64,000 bases of DNA from Thermodesulfobacteriota bacterium. GTDB lineage: Bacteria; Desulfobacterota; Binatia; Bin18. Below are positions 59,132-64,000 of this stretch, one piece after another. A program made the position numbers and the translations under genes. The notes under the pieces are model-generated. The model was not told the origin of the DNA. It saw nothing but the letters and a program-made list of their open reading frames with translations, and did not search any database. Where the stretch lies: NCBI GenBank assembly GCA_964291405.2, contig OZ219926.1, forward strand, positions 1,088,001 to 1,152,000. The letters are read 5' to 3'. Position 1 is the first letter of the stretch. The number at the start of each line of letters is the position of its first letter.

Positions 59132-59853
59132 TCTCGTTTATCATTCCCGCCTATAACGAGCAGGCCAACATTGGCCGAACCCTCCAGGCTCTACAGGAGT
59201 CCGTTCAGTCCTTAGGCACAGCCCATGAAATTCTGGTGGTGGACGACGCCTCGACCGACCGGACCGCTGCGCTCGCCGCAGCCGGTGGCGCGCGCGTCCT
59301 TGCGGTCAGGAAGCGTCATATTGCGGCCACCCGCAACGCCGGAGCGTACGCGGCAACGGGGGAATATCTCTTCTTTATTGACGCGGATACCTGGGTCAAC
59401 ATGCCTCTTCTCCACGCGGCCGTTCACGCCCTCCAACAGGGGGCGGTGGGTGGCGGCAGCCGGTTTCGCTTTGACCGGCCGCTGCCGTGGCATGGTAAAA
59501 TCGCCGAGCGCATCGTCCCGCCGCTCTACAGCCTGGCGGGGCTGGCCAGCGGCAGTTTTCTGTTTTGTACCCGGTCCGCCTTTGAGGCCGTCGGCGGTTT
59601 TGACGAGAGGCGCTACGCGTCGGAAGAGGTCTGGCTGAGTCTGGCACTCCGCAAACGGGGCAGATTCGTTATTCTGCACGAGCACGTCATCACTTCAGGC
59701 CGCAAACTCCGGGTGTATTCACTCCGGGAGACCCTGCGCCTGTTCGGCTATCTGCTCCGCACGGGTCCGCGGGCACTGCGTCAACGCGAGGGGTTGGAGT
59801 TCTGGTATGGCGAGCGGCGGGCGGATACGACCAAACCGGGGAAGAGCGGCTGA
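59128..59853 (+). CDS. GT2-family glycosyltransferase
   Basis: ISFIIPAYNE, VVDDASTD, FIDAD and VGGFDE; GTG start overlaps the upstream stop. Confidence 0.9.
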   Translation: MISFIIPAYNEQANIGRTLQALQESVQSLGTAHEILVVDDASTDRTAALAAAGGARVLAVRKRHIAATRNAGAYAATGEYLFFIDADTWVNMPLLHAAVHALQQGAVGGGSRFRFDRPLPWHGKIAERIVPPLYSLAGLASGSFLFCTRSAFEAVGGFDERRYASEEVWLSLALRKRGRFVILHEHVITSGRKLRVYSLRETLRLFGYLLRTGPRALRQREGLEFWYGERRADTTKPGKSG

Positions 59854-59879
59854 CCGCCACTCTCCCGTTCAGCTTTGAG

Positions 59880-60133
59880 AAATCCCCGCTCGGGAGGGGT
59901 GATGCAGATTACATTCCCCGGCGGCCCCCGCTCCCCTGCGCCGTACCTGTCTGCGCCAGGGGGCCAGGAGTGCGGGCTTCCAGCCCGCAAGCGGCCAAGA
60001 TGGCCGCTCTCCCAGGCAGCGGGAAGGCGGGCGACCCCCGCCTCGGGCCGCTGGACCGGCCCCGAGAGGCTCACGACACAGCAGGCATCACACGTCCAGG
60101 GAGGGGTGCCGCGGAGCGGCGGGGGGGGTCCCC
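59880..60133. repeat. Mosaic of partial REP-like units
   Basis: AAATCCCCGCTCGGGAGGGGTG (59880), GGAGTGCGGGCTTCCAGCCCGC..GCGGCCAAGATGGCCGC (~59967) and GAGGGGTGCCGCGGAGCGGCGGGG (~60101). Confidence 0.6.
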
Positions 60134-60238
60134 AGCTGAGACTATAAGCCGGCACCTGAGAAAGGATTCAATGGTTGTTGCGGGCCACCATTTGTAGTAA
60201 TTTACCTACAAGCAGAAAGAGGAACAAAGGTTCAATAT

Positions 60239-60496
60239 ATGCGGATCACAACCGTTACCAGCCGCGAGTTCAACCAGGACGTGAGCAAGGCCAAGCGAGA
60301 TGCGGCGGGGGGGCCAGTTTTTATTACCGACCGTGGCCGGACGGCACACGTCTTATTGACTATTGAGGACTACCTCAAGATTACCAAGACGGAAGCAAGC
60401 CTCATCGAATTACTCGCCATGCCGGAAGCCGCCGACATCGATTTTGAGCTGCCCCGCTTGGACGCTGAAATAGGCAGAACGGCGGACTTCTCCTGA
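60239..60496 (+). CDS. Phd/YefM antitoxin
   Basis: TSREFNQDVSKAKR...GPVFITDRGRTAHVLLTIEDY. Confidence 0.9.
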   Translation: MRITTVTSREFNQDVSKAKRDAAGGPVFITDRGRTAHVLLTIEDYLKITKTEASLIELLAMPEAADIDFELPRLDAEIGRTADFS

Positions 60497-60912
60497 TGTA
60501 TCTGCTCGACACCAATGTCATTGCCGAGCTGAGAAAAGCGAAGTCCCCCAAAGTCGATCAAAAAGTCCTGGTGTGGGCCAATAGTGTTCCGGTGGCAAGC
60601 CTTTTCTTATCGGTCATTACGGTTTTGGAACTTGAAAAGGGCATCCTTCTGATCGAGCGTCGAGACCCGACGCAGGGCGCGATACTCCGCTCTTGGCTCG
60701 ATACCTATGTGTTACCGGCGTTCCGTGATCGCATTTTACCTGTCGATACCGCAGTTGCTCAAAGTTGCGCCAGACTGCACGTCCCGACCCCACGGCCAGA
60801 TCGTGATGCGCTCATCGCGGCCACGGCATTGGTTCATGGGCTGACGGTCGTCACCCGAAATGTCGCTGACTTTGCGCCGACAGGCGTCGAGATAGTCAAC
60901 CCTTGGGAATGA
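60496..60912 (+). CDS. vapC: VapC PIN-domain toxin
   Basis: MYLLDTNVIAELRK...DALIAATALVHGLTVVTRN..DF. Confidence 0.93.
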   Translation: MYLLDTNVIAELRKAKSPKVDQKVLVWANSVPVASLFLSVITVLELEKGILLIERRDPTQGAILRSWLDTYVLPAFRDRILPVDTAVAQSCARLHVPTPRPDRDALIAATALVHGLTVVTRNVADFAPTGVEIVNPWE

Positions 60913-61006
60913 GCAAATCCCCGCTCGGGAGCCATCGGAGCAGGAAGCCGACAGGGCCGTGCTTGTCGGATGACGCTCCGCGAATCCGACCTCCTCACTA
61001 CAAAAG

Positions 61007-61113
61007 TCCCCTCCTCGGAGGGGTGCCGCGTAGCGGCGGGGTGGGTTTGCTCGCAGGTGCGTTCTAGGAACCCACCCCGGCCCTTCGGGCCACCCCTCCC
61101 GAGAGGGGATTTT
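61007..61113. repeat. Inverted pair of REP-like units downstream of amidase copy 2
   Basis: Same family as 56460-56552, with the units in the opposite order. Confidence 0.75.
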
Positions 61114-61121
61114 CTGGGACC

Positions 61122-62564
61122 TTAGGCACACACCGGCGGCAGTTTATCTATCCACGGCTGGGCCTGTTCGAGTTGAGCCGCAACGCTGAGCAACACGTCT
61201 TCCCGTCCGTACGCAGGCATGAGATGCACACCAACCGGCAGACCGTCTTCACTCCAGTGCAAGGGCAAGGAAATCCCCGGCTGGCCGGTCACGTTCGCAA
61301 CCGGAGTGTACGGGATAAGGTCAATCACCCGCCGATACACCTCGGCCGGTTCGGCCGCGGCGCTGCATAATTGGCCTAAAGGCGGTGCCGGTGAACTCAG
61401 GGTCGCAGTGAGAAGCAGGTCAAACCCGTCTGCCCACCAGGCGGCGAGACGCCGTTCCCAGCGTTCCAGCCATTCAAGCGCGGCAATATACTCCGTCACG
61501 CCTATGGACCGGCCCCGGTTCATGAGGTCCCAGGTGTAGCGCTCAAAATCGCCGGGTCCGACTTCGCGGCCAAGCGCGTCGGCGACGTCTTCCGCGGTCC
61601 GTGCGGAGTGGGCGAGCACAATCGTGCCAAAGGGAGCACCCCATTGCTCGTCCAGCGCTTCCGGATACGCAGTTTCGACCTGATGCCCCAGAGACTCCAG
61701 TAGCTTGGCCGTGTTCTCTGCTGCGGCTATAGATTCGGGATGCAGGGCGTCTTGATTGCCCGGCCGCTTGGTCATCAGACCGATACGGAGCGAGCCAGGC
61801 TCACGTTGGGCGGCCTCGGCGAATGAGCCCTCGCACGCGGGAGCCGTATACGGGTCGCCCGGCATGCTCCCGGCGGTTGCATCGAGGATGGTGGCCGCGT
61901 CACGCACGGACAGGGAGACTACGCCTTCGGCAATACAGCCGGCCCAAGCTTCGCCATAATCCGGCCCGAGCGATAACCGACCCCGGCTGGGCTTCAGGCC
62001 GACCAGCCCACACGCGCTGGCCGGGATGCGAATTGACCCCCCGCCATCATTGGCGTGTGCCACGGGAACTATACGCGATGCCACCGCCGCGGCACTGCCG
62101 CCGCTCGACCCACCGGTCGAGTGGTTGGTATTCCACGGATTCCGGGTTGGCCCGTAGGCTTCCGGCTCCGTCGTGGTGGCGAACCCGAATTCCGGAGTAT
62201 TGGTCTGGCCAATCGTAATCAGGCCGGTGGCACGGAATTTCTCGGCCAGATAGGTACTGTGCGGCGCCGTGTATTTCCCCGCTTTGAGCGCCTTACAGCC
62301 GCTATGGATTTCGTCACCCGCATGCACGCAGAACAGGTCTTTCAGCAGAAACGGTACCCCCTTAAGAGGGCCGTCGGGTAAGCTGGCCGAGTCCGCTTCG
62401 GCGCGCGCTTTTTCATAGCGCGGACGGATTACGGCATTGAGTTGCGGATTGAGCTTTTCAACCCGCTCGATAGCGGCATCCACAAGCTCCCGCGGACTGG
62501 CTGCTCCGCTCCGCACCAGCTCGGCCTGCGCGGTTGCATCCATTTTTGTGAGATCGTCTGCCAT
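61122..62564 (-). CDS. Amidase-signature enzyme (copy 2)
   Basis: [17 protein letters not shown] and [11 protein letters not shown]; paralogue of 54980..56425 (both end PPVCA). Confidence 0.93.
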   Translation of the reverse strand: MADDLTKMDATAQAELVRSGAASPRELVDAAIERVEKLNPQLNAVIRPRYEKARAEADSASLPDGPLKGVPFLLKDLFCVHAGDEIHSGCKALKAGKYTAPHSTYLAEKFRATGLITIGQTNTPEFGFATTTEPEAYGPTRNPWNTNHSTGGSSGGSAAAVASRIVPVAHANDGGGSIRIPASACGLVGLKPSRGRLSLGPDYGEAWAGCIAEGVVSLSVRDAATILDATAGSMPGDPYTAPACEGSFAEAAQREPGSLRIGLMTKRPGNQDALHPESIAAAENTAKLLESLGHQVETAYPEALDEQWGAPFGTIVLAHSARTAEDVADALGREVGPGDFERYTWDLMNRGRSIGVTEYIAALEWLERWERRLAAWWADGFDLLLTATLSSPAPPLGQLCSAAAEPAEVYRRVIDLIPYTPVANVTGQPGISLPLHWSEDGLPVGVHLMPAYGREDVLLSVAAQLEQAQPWIDKLPPVCA

Positions 62565-62734
62565 AGTCTCTCCTCCCTTGTGGTTGATCGTGAATTATCT
62601 TGCCAGGCGAGAAAGTTTGTCAAGGAAAAGAATGAAGGAAGGGGAAATATTTACTTGTCATTGGGTCTTCCCATCGCTACTCTTTTCATCGCTATTGAGT
62701 ATGAAGCCTGATGCACGAACATGATCGTGTTGTT

Positions 62735-63024
62735 ATGGAATTTACGTGGGACGAAGAGAAGGCAAGAGCGAATCTCTCCAAACATGGGTAGGGTTTGACG
62801 AGGCCAAAACCGTATTTGATGATCCGCTCTATATCGATTTCTATGATCCCGATCATTCCGACGACGAGTATCGTTATATTATTATAGGAGAGTCACAACA
62901 TGATGGCCGCTTGCTGATCGTAGCCTACACAGAAAGGGAAGATACAACACGATTGATCAGCGCCAGGGAAGCCACAACGGCAGAAAGAAAAGCCTATGAA
63001 GAAGGATACAACACCGAAAGATGA
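62735..63024 (+). pseudogene. brnT: BrnT-family toxin with a 1-nt frameshift
   Basis: MEFTWDEEKARANLSKHG then TAG; adding one G at 62786-88 continues VGFDEAKTVFDDP...RLISAREAT. Confidence 0.8.
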
Positions 63025-63232
63025 TGAACTGCGCCCGGAGTACGATCTCAAAAACTTACGGGTCAGAAAAATGGGACCGGGCCGTAAAAGTTTTGGCGAT
63101 ACGGTTCGCTTAGAGGCTGATGTAATAAAAGTGTTTCCCAGTGCGGAGGCGGTGAATGAGGCGCTACGCTTTCTCATCAAGGTCACGAAAGACAGCACCC
63201 ACACGCTTCGAAGTGGTAAAGACGATATTTAA
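62996..63232 (+). CDS. BrnA-like antitoxin
   Basis: DELRPEYDL...VRLEADVIKVFPSAEAVNEALR; overlaps brnT. Confidence 0.75.
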   Translation: MKKDTTPKDDELRPEYDLKNLRVRKMGPGRKSFGDTVRLEADVIKVFPSAEAVNEALRFLIKVTKDSTHTLRSGKDDI

Positions 63233-63292
63233 CTCCTAGCTCTTATTGTGGATGGCTTGTCTGCCTGAGTAATACCACTGGAGAGCACACAT

Positions 63293-64000
63293 ATGGACCG
63301 TATCGGGGTTGGTTTCTGGGGCGGGATGGCGGTCAATGAACTCATTGACTGCGTCAGCCTGGCAGATCAAAAAGGCTACGAGTCTGCCTACCTGATCGAA
63401 AGCTTTGCCGATGCCTTTGGCGTCCTGGCGGCGTGCGCGCGTGAAACGTCCAAGATTATTCTTGCGACCGGTGTAGCCACGGTCTTTACGCGCAACCCGA
63501 CGACTATTGCCACCGCAGCCGCAACCGTGGACGCTATTTCAGCGGGCCGCTTTCGACTCGGCCTAGGCATCGGCCACTCGGAAATCCACCAGGCGCGGGA
63601 TAGTCTGGAACCGGACCGTCCCTTCCCTTTTGACCGACCCCTGCGCCGGCTGCGCGAAACAACCGAGGTTGTCCGAACCGTCCTGAAAGGTGCCGCCGAG
63701 GGCAGGCGTATCAATTATACCGGTCAGGTCTTCCAGATTACCGACTACGAGCCGTGGCTTCACCCGTACCGCGATACGATCCCATGCTACTTTGGGGCAC
63801 TGTCGGAAAAGACCCTTGCGTTGGCGGGCGAGATCGCCGACGGCGTCCTGCCCATTTTTGTCCCGCTCGATATGGTTCCGGATGTCCTGTCAGCGGTCCG
63901 GCGCGGGGCGCGGCGTATTGGTCGTGACCCGTCTGCCATTGATATTGGCTGCTATCTGCCGTGTTGTGTCAGCCCGGACCCCGCAGCCGCGAAACGCGCC
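63293..64000 (+). CDS. LLM-class (Mer/F420-type) oxidoreductase, runs off the window edge
   Basis: Not in the ORF track. MDRIGVGFWGG...LATGVATVFTRNP...DAISAGRFRLGLGIGH...LAGEIADGVL. Confidence 0.88.
   Translation, partial: MDRIGVGFWGGMAVNELIDCVSLADQKGYESAYLIESFADAFGVLAACARETSKIILATGVATVFTRNPTTIATAAATVDAISAGRFRLGLGIGHSEIHQARDSLEPDRPFPFDRPLRRLRETTEVVRTVLKGAAEGRRINYTGQVFQITDYEPWLHPYRDTIPCYFGALSEKTLALAGEIADGVLPIFVPLDMVPDVLSAVRRGARRIGRDPSAIDIGCYLPCCVSPDPAAAKRA

Noticed and set aside
56460-61113. Repeats as a CRISPR array or integron attC sites
   Set aside because: No regular repeat-spacer period, no cas or intI genes, and no GTTRRRY cores seen; they fit REP-like palindromes.

Overview
GC-rich bacterial chromosomal window with no rRNA, tRNA, CRISPR array, integrase or transposase that I can see. 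Housekeeping and stress genes are clpS-clpA, an M1 aminopeptidase, a class I lysyl-tRNA synthetase, an Mla/MCE ABC operon, pspF-pspABC with a sigma-54 promoter, cysE, LOG and a frameshifted dgt. These are interleaved with at least six type II toxin-antitoxin modules, a MITE and REP-like palindromes. Three accessory blocks stand out. (1) 14.2-24.2 kb: five tandem quinohemoproteins (N-terminal cytochrome c plus PQQ propeller, polyvinyl-alcohol-dehydrogenase type), with mosaic DNA identity and a shared promoter-like motif. (2) 35.4-47.8 kb: a LuxR-type regulator divergent from four secreted proteins, namely a small domain, two ~1370-aa paralogues and a YVTN-propeller/di-heme peroxidase-like fusion; the last three end in the same C-terminal tag, DLExLE-stop. 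(3) 47.8-51.9 kb: a divergent urease-like cluster (ureF, fused ureAB, ureC, ureD; no ureE/ureG) whose nickel ligands are intact but whose substrate pocket and flap are remodelled. It is followed by amidases, RidA proteins and luciferase-like monooxygenases. All calls come from motif recognition and by-eye alignment, not database searches. Several frameshifts may be assembly errors.
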